Origin: Octopus sinensis
Taxonomy: Eukaryota
DNA length: 64,000 nt
Assembly: GCF_006345805.1 (NCBI RefSeq)
Contig: NC_043026.1
Location: 1,488,001 to 1,552,000, forward strand
Reading direction: 5' to 3'
Of the stretch, positions 11,601 to 25,890 are shown piece after piece. The notes beneath the pieces are model-generated. The model had not been told where the DNA came from. It saw only the letters and a list, made by a program, of their open reading frames with translations, and did no database searches. Each line of letters opens with the position of its first letter. Within the stretch, counting starts at the first letter, position 1. The translations under genes and the position numbers were made by a program.

Positions 11601-12109
11601 ATTTTTGTCAGCCCATTTGTATTCAGGTCTTTCTGTTGCTGTAGGGTGTCATCAAGGGTGTCATCAAGGTCGTTGACAGCCTGTGATACTTTGTATTATT
11701 TTTTACACTACCAGAGTAAGTGAAGATTGTAGGTGGAAGCAGACAGATCAGATTTTTTCCCATTATCTATTTGGGATGTACTTCTTTATCAGACTGCAGT
11801 GAAATAAAGTCTGTGAAGATGAGCTTAATATCAAGGTAAACTTATGTGAGTGCATCTGCATTATTTAATGTCTGTTTTCCATACTGGCATGGTAGGAATG
11901 GTTTGACCAGAGGTAGTCAGGAGTTGCACCAGGGTCCATTGTCTGTTCTGGCATGATTCAACACTAGCCATTCCACACAGAATACTGGGTGCTTTTTATG
12001 TGGCACTAGTTCCAGTGCTTCCAATGTGGCACCAGCACTGGTATCAATCATTAAATAAAAATCATTTCACAACATGTACAGTAAAATCATTTGTGGTTTT
12101 AGGAAAATT

Positions 12110-12485
12110 CAGTTTGGTGAACATAAGAAGCTTGCTTTCCAACCACATAGCTATGGGTTCAGTCCCACTGTGTGACACTTGGGCAAGTGTCTTCTTCTAT
12201 AGCCTTGGGCAACCAAAGCCTTGTGCGTAGATTTATTAGATGGAAACTGAAAAGAAGCCCATCATGGGTCTGTGTGTGTGTGTGTTTGCCCCTGCCACCT
12301 TGACCACCAGTGCTAGTGTGTTCACATCCCTGTAACAGTGGTTCAGCAAAAGAGACCAGTAGAATAAATACTAGCCCTAAAAAAAAACAATAAGTACAGT
12401 GGCCGATTCATTCAAATAAAAATTTTTTCAAGGCAATGCCCAGCATGGCCATAGTCTCATGATTGAAACAAGTAAAAGATAAAAC
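12110..12485 (+). repeat. full-length tRNA-derived SINE with internal (TG)n (copy at ~14915-15290)
   Basis: Head with B-box-like GGTTCAGTCCC, body GGAAACTGAAAGAAGCCC, tail CAGCATGGCC...GAAACAAGTAAAAGA. Confidence 0.75.
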
Positions 12486-13255
12486 GACAAAAATATATTT
12501 GGAAAACGTAGTTACTGTGACAAAAAATTCTAATAAATAAAATATATTCTATAGCAATAAAGACATTCTGTTACTTTGGTTGTGAGTAATGTGGACCATG
12601 ACTAGTAATTAGGGTGAATTTTTATATGAACCCCTTAAAAGCTACAAAGTAGGAAAAGCAAAAGCCAAATAATGGAGGAAAGGAAGTTTGAGAATATAAT
12701 CTGTTATATTAATTAATGTTAAAGTTTTTAGGCTGTCTTTTACTAAGAACCATAGCTCGATCCGTGATTATGTCTTTGGGCAATGATTGGTAGGTTTGCT
12801 TTGGCAATGTTGAAGATATTCTGGTGACATGGGTTGTGTGGCACTATGAATGGTATGACCCCTATATATATATATAGGGGTAAAATATGAAAAATCAACG
12901 AAAATGCATATTGCAAATAGAAAAAGGCTATTTATGACAGGTAGCGACAAATATATACATGTAGATTGACATACGAGTCATAAAAGTCATTATTATGAGA
13001 TGATTATAAGATGATAATAAAGTAAGAGAACAAAATGAACCAATGATTTATGCAAAGCTATTCATTGTCATAATAATGACCTTTATGACTCGTTTTACTA
13101 CCTCAGTCCATCTAAATGTATATATTTGTTGTTACTTGTCAAAAACAGCCTTTTTCTATTTGCAATATGCAATTTCGTTGATTTTTCATATTTTACCCTT
13201 ACATTTCCACGTGTATTTTATATTTTCTTTTCGTAACATATTTCTACTATAAATA

Positions 13256-13287
<32 letters not shown>

Positions 13288-13315
13288 CATATATATATAC
13301 ATATATATATATATG

Positions 13316-13355
<40 letters not shown>

Positions 13356-13463
13356 TATATGATATATATATATGTATGTATGTATATATAATATGTATAT
13401 ATATATGTATTTATATATATGTGTGTGTGTATATTATATATATATGTATATATATATAATATA

Positions 13464-13520
<57 letters not shown>

Positions 13521-15738
13521 GTGTGTGTATATATATGTGTGTATATTTACTTTTACTTTACAGTGTATATATATACTTTACTTTTACAGGTTTCAGCCAG
13601 AGGGTGTGGCCATGCTAGAGGACCCCCTTCAGTGTAATTGGTTTATATTCACACTCATTTACTAAATCTCTCTCTCTCTCTCTCTCTCTCTGGAACTGTG
13701 AAGTAGTGAGTTAGACAGAGCTACGCTCTTTGAGTTTTTTTGACATGATGCAGGTTCATCTGGTCGCTCAGATAAAAAATTTGGCCAGAAGTTCTTTGAA
13801 TATATCTCTGATGTTGTTTGGCCATGTTGACAAGTGCAGATTCTTGAAATCTAACTTGTTCCTGCACTGGGTCTTTACTCAAGCCAGAAAGAATAAGATC
13901 TTTAGTACTATGCAGTGGCATCTAGTTCAGTGCTTAGCGTAGCTTTCATTTTCATAGTTGGGAGATCGACCTTCCAGGATCTTCCAAATGTTTACCACTG
14001 CATACCTTTCACAGCCTTCTCTCTAGAGCTCAGTTCTTTTATCCTCTGCAAGAAACACATCTGCCATGCTGAGTCAATCTTCTTTGTGTTGCAGCATTGG
14101 ATTGCCTCAAATTCCATTGTTTGATGCTTAGTAGTAACCACAGTTAGGAGCGGTAATCCAAGCAACTGAAAAGAAATGTTCTCCATAGGAGTAGCATGGT
14201 ATCCTTTTTCCCTTTTTCTCAATGATCACAGAATTCACCCAGCTACTTGCCTACACAGTGTCACCATCCTAGTGATAAGTATACAGAATGATGCACCATT
14301 ACTCATAGATTCCTAGATCATGCTCCAACTCTGACTCATGGATGCTACTAGCCTCTGGCCCTGTATATTTTGATTGCAGCCTATTTTGGGCTGCAAGTTA
14401 TTTTTGTCAGCCCATTTGTATTCAGGTCTTTCTGTTGCTGTAGGGTGTCATCAAGGGTGTCATCAAGGTCGTTGACAGCCTGTGATACTTTGTATTTTAT
14501 TTTTTACACTACCAGAGTAAGTGAAGATTGTAGGTGGAAGCAGACAGATCAGATTTTTTCCCATTATCTATTTGGGATGTACTTCTTTATCAGACTGCAG
14601 TGAAATAAAGTCTGTGAAGATGAGCTTAATATCAAGGTAAACTTATGTGAGTGCATCTGCATTATTTAATGTCTGTTTTCCATACTGGCATGGTAGGAAT
14701 GGTTTGACCAGAGGTAGTCAGGAGTTGCACCAGGGTCCATTGTCTGTTCTGGCATGATTCAACACTAGCCATTCCACACAGAATACTGGGTGCTTTTTAT
14801 GTGGCACTAGTTCCAGTGCTTCCAATGTGGCACCAGCACTGGTATCAATCATTAAATAAAAATCATTTCACAACATGTACAGTAAAATCATTTGTGGTTT
14901 TAGGAAAATTCAGTTTGGTGAACATAAGAAGCTTGCTTTCCAACCACATAGCTATGGGTTCAGTCCCACTGTGTGACACCTTGGGCAAGTGTCTTCTTCT
15001 ATAGCCTTGGGCCAACCAAAGCCTTGTGCGTAGATTTATTAGATGGAAACTGAAAAGAAGCCCATCATGTGTCTGTGTGTGTGTGTTTGTCCCCTGCCAC
15101 CTTGACCACCAGTGCTAGTGTGTTCACATCCCTGTAACAGTGGTTCAGCAAAAGAGACCAGTAGAATAAATACTAGCCCTAAAAAAAAACAATAAGTACA
15201 GTGGCCGATTCATTCAAATAAAAAATTTTTTCAAGGCAATGCCCCAGCATGGCCATAGTCTCATGATTGAAACAAGTAAAAGATAAAACGACAAAAATAT
15301 ATTTGGAAAACGTAGTTACTGTGACAAAAAATTCTAATAAATAAAATATATTCTATAGCAATAAAGACATTCTGTTACTTTGGTTGTGAGTAATGTGGAC
15401 CATGACTAGTAATTAGGGTGAATTTTTATATGAACCCCTTAAAAGCTACAAAGTAGGAAAAGCAAAAGCCAAATAATGGAGGAAAGGAAGTTTGAGAATA
15501 TAATCTGTTATATTAATTAATGTTAAATTAATTAATCCTAATTCAGGTTAGTTATGACAAGATTTCTAACAATGTTCTATTTTGGTAGTGTGGCTGTGTG
15601 GTAACAGGCCAACCAAAGCCTTGTGAGTGGATTTGCTAGATCGAAACTGAAAGAAGCCCATCGTATATATATATAAAATATAAATTAGAGATAAAACCAC
15701 TATCATGCAACTCAAACAGTGATAGACATAAACCAATA

Positions 15739-15774
<36 letters not shown>

Positions 15775-16489
15775 CACATGTATACCTTTAAAAGTAGAAA
15801 TCTTATGAACTTTACAGGGCTTAGCAAATACATATGGGGACTAAAATCCCAACGAATTAAGTATAATTTAAAGTGAAAGATAATTTGTAAAGCGAAATCA
15901 TATAGTATAGGTAGCAATTATTGTTATTCATGTTCTAGTGAATTTAATGAAATATTATTTAATAATCATAATAAATTAGTGAATACATTGGACGAACGTA
16001 AAATTAAATGTAGACACAAATTACTTTACTTATATAATAAATTTTTAGATAAATAGCAACTATATTTCTCTTCATCTCCACTGCACCAGTAATATCTTAC
16101 ACTTCATCTCCAGTGCATTTGTAATTGCATCATGATGTCAAAAAGATTAGGAACCACTGCAGTATTTAGACATGGCTTTCCATATTCCAGGTTCAAACCT
16201 AACCAATGGTCAAGTTTCCCTTTCATCTTCCCAGTATTCAAAAGATAAATACTTGTCAAATTCTTAATTTTCTCTTGTCTGGTTTCAGTCATTAGACTAT
16301 GGCCATGCTGGGGCACCACCTTGAAGAATGCTTAGTTGAACTAATTGACCCCAGAACTTATTTTCTTTTTAAGTCAGGTACTTATTCTATTGGTCTCTTT
16401 ACACACACACACACAGGGTATTTAAGGACATACCTTTTTGGGGTCATTGCTGCATTCTTTGTTAACTCTGTATAATCTTTGCTCTAGAA

Positions 16490-19217
16490 CAGTGGTTTTC
16501 AACCAGGGTTCCACCAGTACAGTCCAGGGGTTCTACAAGAAGTTACACAAATGCTAAAATCGACAGTAATTTTTAATTCTCCTGTGCAGATATGTGTGTA
16601 CATGTTAGGCCTACATGTACAACTATGAGTTACTCGCCAGCGTAGATGACCCTGATCCTTGGTGTGTACATGTACGTGCGCATCTGTGAGTTGCATGCCA
16701 GCTTAGATGATGGTTTAGTTCTCTTTTGTAAAATACGAGTGACTATATTTGAAAGAAACGTTTTAACTGCGTAAGCCATTTAGGTGTTGTTGTTAATCTG
16801 CCTCTTAAAAGATCTTTAGCTTTTTAAAAGGTGTTTTTGTAAAAAAATTTTCTATGACGTCTATTAATATTTGGTCAAATGTTAAGATTAAAAAATTCGA
16901 AAGAGAGTTGAATTACAGATGTAGGAAAAAATAAGAAATAGGGAAACTGATACTAATACGATATGCATAAATATTAATTCCTTACAAATTTCTAAATTAG
17001 AACAAATACACGACATTTTAAATTCAAATCCAAAAATCTATTTTATTATTACATGCATATTGTTTAAGTATAATGAAATACCTATTACTAAAAAAAAACA
17101 TTAATAAAAAAAGCTAAATTTTACATCATTAAACTCGCTACACTTTAAAGATCATTTTGTCCTGCCACTATTAGGTTTGCTTTTATGTATATACAATTCT
17201 GCTTACAGCCTTACAAGTGTGGATAGATTTCTGAAAAAACCTAAGTTAGATACAGATGAAGAGAAGAAGGGTCTGAGGCAGTCTGTTGAAGCTGCAGCCA
17301 CGGCCAGTGATGCTGCCAGGTCGAAATTACCAAGACAAACTAAAAGTTTGTCAATATTGTGAAAACTACATAGCTCTGGGATTTACTTGGACTGGAAACC
17401 CAGACTGCCCTTCACCTTTGTGTACTGTTTCTGGAGAGAAGCTGGCTAATAGTGCTATGGCACCATCCAAACTGAAACAACACTTAACAACTAAACATCC
17501 AGAGTTGTCAGGCAAAAATGAACAATATTTTAAAAGAGAATTGGCATTTAATAAAAGGCAAGTTTCTATGTTTGCCAAAAAGTTCAAGTTGAGTGACAAA
17601 GGACAAGAAGCAAGTTATTCTGTGGCGGAGATAGTTGCAAGAAAAATGAAATCTCATACCATCGCTGAGACTGTAATTTTACCTGCATGCCAGGAAATGG
17701 TGAGGATAATGTTTGGAGAGGATGCTGTATCAGAGCTGAATAAAATTCCACTTTCTGACAACACAAGACATTTCAGGAGACATATTAATGCAATATTAAG
17801 TCAAAAATACTGAAACATAAGTTGTTTGCACTTCATGTTGATGAGAGTACAGACATCACTGGTAAAGCACAGCTCCTTGTATTTGTTCGTTTTATTAATG
17901 ATGAAGCTATTGTAGAAGACTTCCTGTGTTGCAAAGAGTTGCCAGAAACAAAAAAAGGACAAGATGTATTTGATGTTTTCAATTCATATTTAGAGTATTG
18001 TGGATTGAACTGGAAAAACTGTGTTGGTATTTGTACAGATGGTGCCCCTGCAAAGACAGGATATCTTAAAGGCTTTGTCCCAATCGCACAAAAACAAAAT
18101 CATTGCTAAAACTCTTGGACCTGAACTAAAATCTGCATTGGATATTGTAGTGAAAATAGTTAATTACATCAAGATGAGGATACTTAAATGTCAACAGTTT
18201 GCGAAACTTTGTGTGAGTATGGAAGCAGGCCATTCCACTTTAATCCAGCACACAGAAATACGATTGTTGTCAAGGGGAAAAGTATTGTCTCGTTTTTACG
18301 AATTAAGAGAAGAGTTATTGACCTTTTGTTTGCAAGAAAACCTGAAAGACTTTGTAGAATGTTTGAGTGATGACCATTGGTGTTCCAAGTTGGCATATCT
18401 TGCCGATATATTTCATGAGCTAAACCTCTTGAACAATGGCATGCAGGGCAGGAACGAAAACTTCTTGTCTTCTACTGACAAAATAAATGCTTTTCAGAAG
18501 AATTTGACAATATGGAAGAAACGCATAACTGCAGGAAATTTGGAAATGTTTCCAAGTGTTTTTAAAAGGAATTGTCAAGAAACTACGCTACTGATTTTGA
18601 ACCATTTGCACACTTTGTTAACAAATCTTGACAAATATTTTTCATCGATATCTGTTGACCAGTATGACTGGATTAGAAATCCATTTGTGGAATTTGAGCC
18701 ATTTGAAGAACAGCTCACTTTAACAGAAGAAGAACTTGCCAGTGTTTTAAATGACAGAACATTAAAGTTGAAGCATTCTGAGCTTCACCTGAATGCATTT
18801 TGGTTGCTGGTTGAAAAGGAATATCCTGCAATTTCCCAGAAAGCGCTGCGACTTCTTGTGCAGTTTTCAACTCCTACTTCTGTGAATTTGGATTTTCAGT
18901 CCTGACAACCATCAAGCACAAGAAGCAAGCACAATTGCTGTCTGTGGAAGATGAACTTTGTGTGTGTCTATCAAAAACAGGACCCAATCTTAAAGAGTTG
19001 TGCAAGAAACACCAGGCTCAAGAATTTCATTGAGTTTTTGATGAGAATAAATGTAATCTATTCAAACTAAAGTTTTTTTAATACATGTTTTAATAATAAC
19101 TGTAGATGCAAGAATAAAATTGCATGACAATTTTTTTACAGTATTGCACAGGGGTTCCTCAAGCCAGTGGAATGTTTCCTTGGGGTTCCGCTCCAGCAAA
19201 ATGGTTGAAAAGCACTG
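16490..19217 (+). mobile_element. full-length hAT transposon, Buster subfamily
   Basis: TIRs CAGTGGTTTTCAACC / GGTTGAAAAGCACTG. 8-bp TSD CTCTAGAA at 16482-16489 and 19218-19225 has the central TA typical of Buster. Confidence 0.93.
17219..19033 (+). pseudogene. ZBED5/SCAND3-like Buster transposase pseudogene
   Basis: Motifs YIALGF..PLC..LANSAMAPSKLKQHLTTKH, VDESTD, CTDGAPA, LSRGKVL, KLAYLADIF and EYPAIS..ALRLL, broken by several frameshifts. Confidence 0.9.
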
Positions 19218-20210
19218 CTCTAGAAAATAATAATGGCAGACCCTCAGCTTACTCAAGAATTGAAGAGGCGTGCTCTTATTGTGGTTATAAAGGCTGAGCA
19301 TAGCGATTTAAAAATATCTCAATTTTTAAAAGTTGCCAGATCTTTTGTCTACAAAATCTGTAAGGAGCTAAAAGGCTGAAGATGGAAATATAATCACCAG
19401 AATCAAAGCATAAAAAGCATTCTAAACACTCTGAACACCTGAATTTATCCAGCAAGTTCAACAACCCATTGATTACAATCCCAGAAAGTCCATGAGGTCA
19501 ATTGCAAAAGATCTCTGTGTCAGAAGGAACAGTCAGAAATGCTGTCCATGAAGACATCTTATATGATAAGGAAAGGTCAATTTGTCCAAAAAGGCAATAG
19601 AAAATCACTACATCAGATCTAAAAGGCTCTTAAGCTGGAAAAGGAAAAAATGACAGTTGCAAGTGTTATGCATACAAAATTTCCTGCAACTGTCATGGTT
19701 TTAGGGGTTGTCAGCAATGAATGACATGTGATGCCTCCTTACTTCTTTCCACAAAGCCTTAGAGTTAACTCCGCTGCCTACATTGAGGTCCTGGAAATAA
19801 TTATTAGGCCCTGGATACAGTGTATGCAATGGCAGGCCATATATGTTTCAATAAGACTCTGCTCTATCACACATGGCTCTAGTAACACAGGAATGGATAG
19901 ATGAACATTTTCATGATCAAATAACCCCTAACATTTGGCCTCCTAATTCTCCAGATCTCAATCCATTGGACTATTACTCATGGAGTGTTGTTGAGAGAGA
20001 GGTCAATGAACACCAAAGATTCTATGAAAGTTGCCATAGTCAGAGTAATGACCAAGATTCAAGCATGTAGATGATTTAGATCTCATATAGAAGCAGTTGT
20101 TGAAGCTGAAGGTGGTTTTTATCCTCATAAATAAAGTTATCTGCTATTATGTTTTTTTATAAACATAAATCTGTCCTCAAATATCTTACAACAGGCTTCT
20201 TTCAGTTTCT

Positions 20211-20428
20211 TATTTCTTTACTGCCTACATAGAGGGGACAAGCAAAAACAGACGAAGGGGGGATTAAGTTGATTACATCGATCCCAGTGTGTAACTGGTA
20301 CTTAATTTATTGACCCCGAAAGGATGAAAGGCAAGTCGACCTTGACGGAATTTGAACTCAGAATGTAGCAGCAGATGAAGTACCGCTAAGCATTTTGCCT
20401 GGTGTGCTAACGTTTCTGCCACCTTGCC
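20211..20428 (-). repeat. SINE with Nin/Deu-like core, inserted in another SINE with a 17-bp TSD
   Basis: GGCTTCTTTCAGTTTCT flanks both sides (20194-20210 and 20429-20445). Minus-strand core GTTCTGAGTTCAAATTCC..GTCGACTTGCCTTTCATCCTTTCGGGGTC. Confidence 0.75.
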
Positions 20429-21299
20429 GGCTTCTTTCAGTTTCTGTCAACCAAATCCACCGACAAGGCTTTGGTCAGTCCAAGGCTATAGTAGAAGACA
20501 CTTGCCCAAGGTGCCACGCAGTGAGACTGAACCCAGATCTTGGGAAAGTCATTGCTTCTGTATGGTGTAAAATATGCCATGATACATTCAAACAATTTGA
20601 GTTGAAGAAAAAGAACAATAGAAGAACAATATGTTGCAATCATCAGACACACTCACCCAATCCCAGACAAAATCAAAATCATCAACATCCTTCTTAGCAA
20701 AATCCATTCCTGGACAAAATAGATATTGGAAGATGGAATTATTTTGATTGGCTTCAGAGAAAAATTGGGCTATGAGGCATCGGATATGATGCACTGGCTT
20801 AATCATATGATGCATATGGATAAAGACAGGTGCATTTAGAAGTGCCAATCTCTCACAGTGGAGATGACCTGTGGAAGAGGTGAACCCAGGAAGATATGGG
20901 ACAAGGTGGTGAAGCATGATCTTCGGATGTTGAGTCTGATGGAGATGGTGACAAGTGACTCAGACCTTTCATGACTTGTTGTGGTTGAGAAGACACATCA
21001 ACTGAAATCGCAATCATGGCCAGTGCCAGGGACATGCCAAAGGTACCCATACCTGTGCCACCTGAAAGGCACTCATACCAGTGACATGCAAAAGGCACCC
21101 ACTATATTCTTGGAGTAGTTGGTATTAGAAAGGGCATCCAGCTATAGAAATGAAACCAAACTGGACTGGAGCCTGGTACAATTCCAGTTAAACCATCCAA
21201 CCCATGCCAGCATGGAAAATAGATGTTAAATGATGATAACCAGCATTCAGAATCACCTTGTGCTCAGGTGAATCACTACTAACATCTATAGAACTGCTG

Positions 21300-22510
21300 A
21301 TCATACAAGGGTAGGCTGAAAAGCTCATAGGCTGACTACAAAGGAGTGATGCTAGAGCTGTGAAATCTTGCATCTACTCATTTTAACCCTTCTTATGAAT
21401 GACTGCATTGTTTCTTTCCAGGTAAACTGACATCTCACTGTTCAAAGAAGACTTCAAAGGTAACAAGGAGTGACTCCTCTTGAAAATGGACAAAATTTAG
21501 CATCGTTGTGTTATCAAGTACCTGCAGAAAAAGGATTAAGACACCAAGGACACTGGAGTTGACATGGATTGCTACAATAGGGGATGACACTCCAACTTTA
21601 ACAACAGTGCAAAAGTTGGCTGCTGAATTTAGAAGGGGTAAGTCCTGAAGATGACCCAAGTTAAAGATGTCCTGCAACTGCCACCACCCAGGAAATATTG
21701 ATCGTGTTCACCACATGGTGGTGGATAATGGGTGATTGATTAGAAATTAAATAGTCAATGCTATTAGCATATCTTGTAAAATAGTCGAGAATATTCTGCA
21801 CAATGAACTTGGAATGACAAAGGATTCTGCTCGGTGGCTGCTATACTTTCTGACACCTGATCAAAAGAACACCAAGCTGATCCCATCACAGGAAAATCTA
21901 ACATTGTTTGAAGCAGATCGAACTGGTTTTCTTGAACATTTCCTAATCCAGGGCGAGTGTTGGCTTCATCACTTTGAGCCAGAAATAAGGCAATCCATGC
22001 AGTGGAAACATCCCTCCTCACCTGCTCCAAAGAAGGCCAAGGTCATTTCCTCTGCAGAGAAGGGCATGGCCTCAATTTTTTGGGATGCAAAAGGCATTTT
22101 ACTTATTGGCCATACCATCAATGGAGAGGCATATGCCAACTTGCTGAGGCAGTTATAAAAGGCTACTAAAACCAAACACTCAGGAAAACTGTCAAAAGGG
22201 TCTTGTTTTATCAAGACAATGCTCCAGCACATGAGTCCTTGATTTCAACTGGTTGATCACGCTCCCTATTCTACTGATTTGGCCCCATCTGACAATTATC
22301 TGTTCCTCAACATGAAAAAAAAAAACTTGGTCAGAAACCCCGTCACTTAGCGGTTCGGCAAAAGAGACCGATAGAAACCGATAGATGGGCTTACAAAGAA
22401 TAAGTCCCGGGGTCGATTTGCTCGACTAAAGGCGGTGCTCCAGCATGGCCGCAGTCAAATGACTGAAACAAGTAAAAGAGTAAAGAGTAAACCAGCATCA
22501 CAGTGATGAG
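21300..22510 (+). mobile_element. decayed mariner element, interrupted near its 3' end by a SINE tail (~22340-22488)
   Basis: SARW..LTPDQK, ECWLHHFEPE..QSMQWKH, MASIFWDAKGI, QDNAPAH and PYSTDLAPSDNYLF. Confidence 0.8.
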
Positions 22511-22519
22511 GACAAATTG

Positions 22520-23105
22520 AATTTTTCAGACCAAAATTTACAGCCAAAAAACAGTCAATTTATACACCAGGACGAGTTTGGAGGACGAAAACTTCTATTT
22601 GAAATGCCACAGGATTTGGGAAGATAACGGTGTTTAAATGTTTTGACTATATACAACATCAACTTGTTTGCCAAAAACGTACGGTATTTCACCTGTTTTC
22701 TATGTCTTTCTTGATTAGCTTTTTGCATAGAATACCAGATTTTTCAGAGCAAAATATACAGCCAAAAGAAAAAAAAATAAATAAGGTCAGTCAAATTATA
22801 CACCAAGACAACTTTGAAGGAGCAAAATCTGTGAAATATAGCAGGATTTGCAAAGATAATGATGTCTGAAAGTCTATACTAGTAAGTAGTTTGCCTATAA
22901 CAATTTTGTAGGTCTTACTTGATTAGTTTCTCAAGTAGAATATCATCTTTTCTGGTATACATGCCAAAATTTTCAAACCAGATCAAAATATACACCCTGA
23001 TGTCTTTGGAGGACCAACAACACATGAAATACTGCAGGATTTGGAAGACAGTAATGTTAGAATGTTTATACTACACACATGCTACGACAAATTGTATGCT
23101 AGAAA
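22520..23105. repeat. three degenerate tandem copies of a ~220-bp unit
   Basis: TATACACC...TTTG(G/A)AGGA...TGAAAT...CAGGATTTG..AAGA recurs at ~22560, ~22800 and ~22990. Confidence 0.65.
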
Positions 23106-23538
23106 ATACAGTAATAGCAACTTTGGACATTAACCATTCAAACTAGCAATATCTGGCCTATGCGTTTCATGTTGCAGCCTCACACATATACCCGACAATG
23201 TCCTAAAATTAAGTAATCACATCATCAAAATTGCAAAGTTATCAGACAAAACAATGTGAATAAATAAGAACATTCGACAGAATTTGAATGTTAAAGGGTC
23301 AAACTAACAGGATCTGGCCCAAATAATCTGTTCAAACCAACCAGACCCACACTCTCATACAAACCCTAAAATGTCATTTCGAAAATAAAAAAAATCACAT
23401 CATCAAAATCGCAAAGCTATGTGATAATGCATAGTAATTGAAAAGAAGGAGAATAAAAAGGCCTCGTATTTGACAAAATGAAAACCAATGGATTCTTTGC
23501 TAAACAACAACAACAACAATAAATTAAAACAATGAGTA

Positions 23539-23544
23539 TTTATT
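23539..23544 (-). promoter_or_regulatory. candidate distal poly(A) signal of flotillin-2
   Basis: Minus-strand AATAAA followed ~20 nt later by a TTGTTGTTG GU-rich downstream element. An alternative proximal AATAAA lies at 27714-27719. Confidence 0.35.
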
Positions 23545-23551
23545 TTCATTG

Positions 23552-23605
<54 letters not shown>

Positions 23606-23846
23606 CATACATACACACACACTACATGTGGAATTATGAAGGAAAACACATCAACAAGCAAGCATCACATTGAAAAGAAATTCTTTAAGAGGAGGGCATA
23701 AATTTTTTTTTATATATATTATTCTTCTTGTTTATTTTCTTTCTTTTTTCTTTTTCCAAATATCTATAACTACAGGTAAAATTACTTTGAAACATGCTGG
23801 TGTTAAATACAAAATACCATGTTCATTTGTGTTCATGTATACACAT

Positions 23847-23888
<42 letters not shown>

Positions 23889-24277
23889 GTATATGTAAAT
23901 ATGCTTTTTTTAAATATATAGCAATGTAAATGGGCATACACAAATATTCAAATAAAAATATGAATATATATATATTATATATACACACACATACAGATAT
24001 ATGTGTATGCTTGTTTAAATATCTACGTATATAAGCACACACACAAATGTTCATATATACACACACACACACAGAGAAAATATATGTATACATAGATAAA
24101 TACATGCAGAGAGAAATACGACCATGCCACACATGTATAGTTGTGTATAAATATGTGTGCCTGAGTGAGTGTGTATGGGTAACCATCAACACAGTCTATA
24201 AAGTTTACAAACAGCTGAAAAAATTTTCAGTTATGGAAGAAGTATTTTTCAACTGCCCTTGTGTGTATCTGTATGCA

Positions 24278-24321
<44 letters not shown>

Positions 24322-24457
24322 GTTGCATTTTGGAATGGTCATTTTGCCACATTGGCTAAACTGGCAAAATGACCATTCCGAAATACAACAATATCTGTTT
24401 CAACACATGATTCCACATAAAAAATCTTGCACAACAAATATATAAACGTATATATAT

Positions 24458-24493
<36 letters not shown>

Positions 24494-25524
24494 ATTGCAT
24501 ATATGTGTCTGTGTATAAATATATGTATGTATGTATGTATGTATGGTGATGCTAACAGGTAAAACAGAACTCAAAATATGAGTATACATATATAGTTAAT
24601 ATTTAGCAGAAGCAGAGTAACTTGTAGCATTTACCAAGCTAGTTTGTTAACTCTCAGCCCTTGAGTCACTCTCTCATTTCTGCTAAATATATATATATAT
24701 ATAATGTGGAAGGCCAGTTTATGAGATTTCTTTAAGTTTCCTGTCCATAAAGGATTTAGCTTTATGGCATAGTCATATCCCAAAAACCTATTGGCCCATG
24801 ACTTCTTACACACATACTCACACACACAAACAATTTATAGGTTCATATACATAAGTATACCTATGTATACACATACGTATATATACCTATATGCAGACAT
24901 ATGTATACATATAAGTTCATGAACACATAGAAACAAATACGTTTATACAAATGTACACACATATGGATATATATATATATGATTGTTGTTTTAAAGCAAG
25001 TTTAAGTCACAATATAATCAAATTAAAAAGCTCCTGCTAATTGAGACTAATTTGTACCTGATGGCAGATTAAGTAAGCTGCCTAGCAAAACAAAGTCCCA
25101 TTTAATGCAAATTTTGTCTTATATATACTTGAGTGTAGGTTTTTGTGTGTATGTGTGTGTGTATATATATATACACACACACACAATCCTTTTTATGTGC
25201 ATATGTATGCATGATTATATACAGACATCAAGGCATTTCATTAACAGCCAGCAATAATCAAATGTGTGTGTGTGTATTCATGGAAAAATTTTTTTGATAT
25301 TTTTTAAAGTATTTTTTAATCTTTATTTAAGAAAGCGAAAATAGATGTAAATAATTTTAAAGTTTTTTTTCCTTTAATTGAAGAAGAAAAAGACAGCATG
25401 CCAGATAAACGGACAAGTATATGAAAATGTGTACGTAGGTGCATGTATACATATAACTACATATATGTGTAAGTATATATGTATATTTCTACATACATAC
25501 ATACATTCATACATACATATATAT

Positions 25525-25664
25525 ATATATAATTGTATGCATGCTTATATATATATATATATATTGTATGCATGCTTATATATTATATATAATTGCATGC
25601 ATGCTTTATATATATATAATTGCATGCATGCTTTTATATATATATATAATTGCATGCATGCTTT

Positions 25665-25700
<36 letters not shown>

Positions 25701-25803
25701 ATATATAATTGCATGCATGCTTTTATATATATATAATTGTATATATGTCTGTGTATATATAATATATATATATATTATATATATATAATTGCATGCATGC
25801 TTT

Positions 25804-25834
<31 letters not shown>

Positions 25835-25890
25835 TATATATAATTGCATGCATGCTTTTATATATATATATAATTGTATATATGTCTGTG

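Larger units (their letters stand above)
9942..15525. repeat. head-to-tail tandem duplication of ~2.8 kb (9942-12721 and 12722-15525)
   Basis: Both units begin AAGTTTTTAGGCTGTCTTTTACTAAG and end CTGTTATATTAATTAATGTTA, and are nearly identical throughout. Confidence 0.95.
16414..20187 (+). mobile_element. decayed DD37D (maT) Tc1/mariner element interrupted by a hAT element
   Basis: TIRs CAGGGTATTTAAGGACA / TGTCCTCAAATATCTT. The transposase starts MADPQLTQELKRRAL at ~19233. The catalytic stretch D-SALSH...WPPNSPDLNPL-D has exactly 37 residues between the Asps. Confidence 0.8.

Noticed and set aside
17219-19033. Domesticated ZBED5/ZMYM1-type host genes (also 7226-9610)
   Set aside because: Multiple frameshifts and stops. 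The Buster copy retains TIRs and a TSD, so these are dead transposons.
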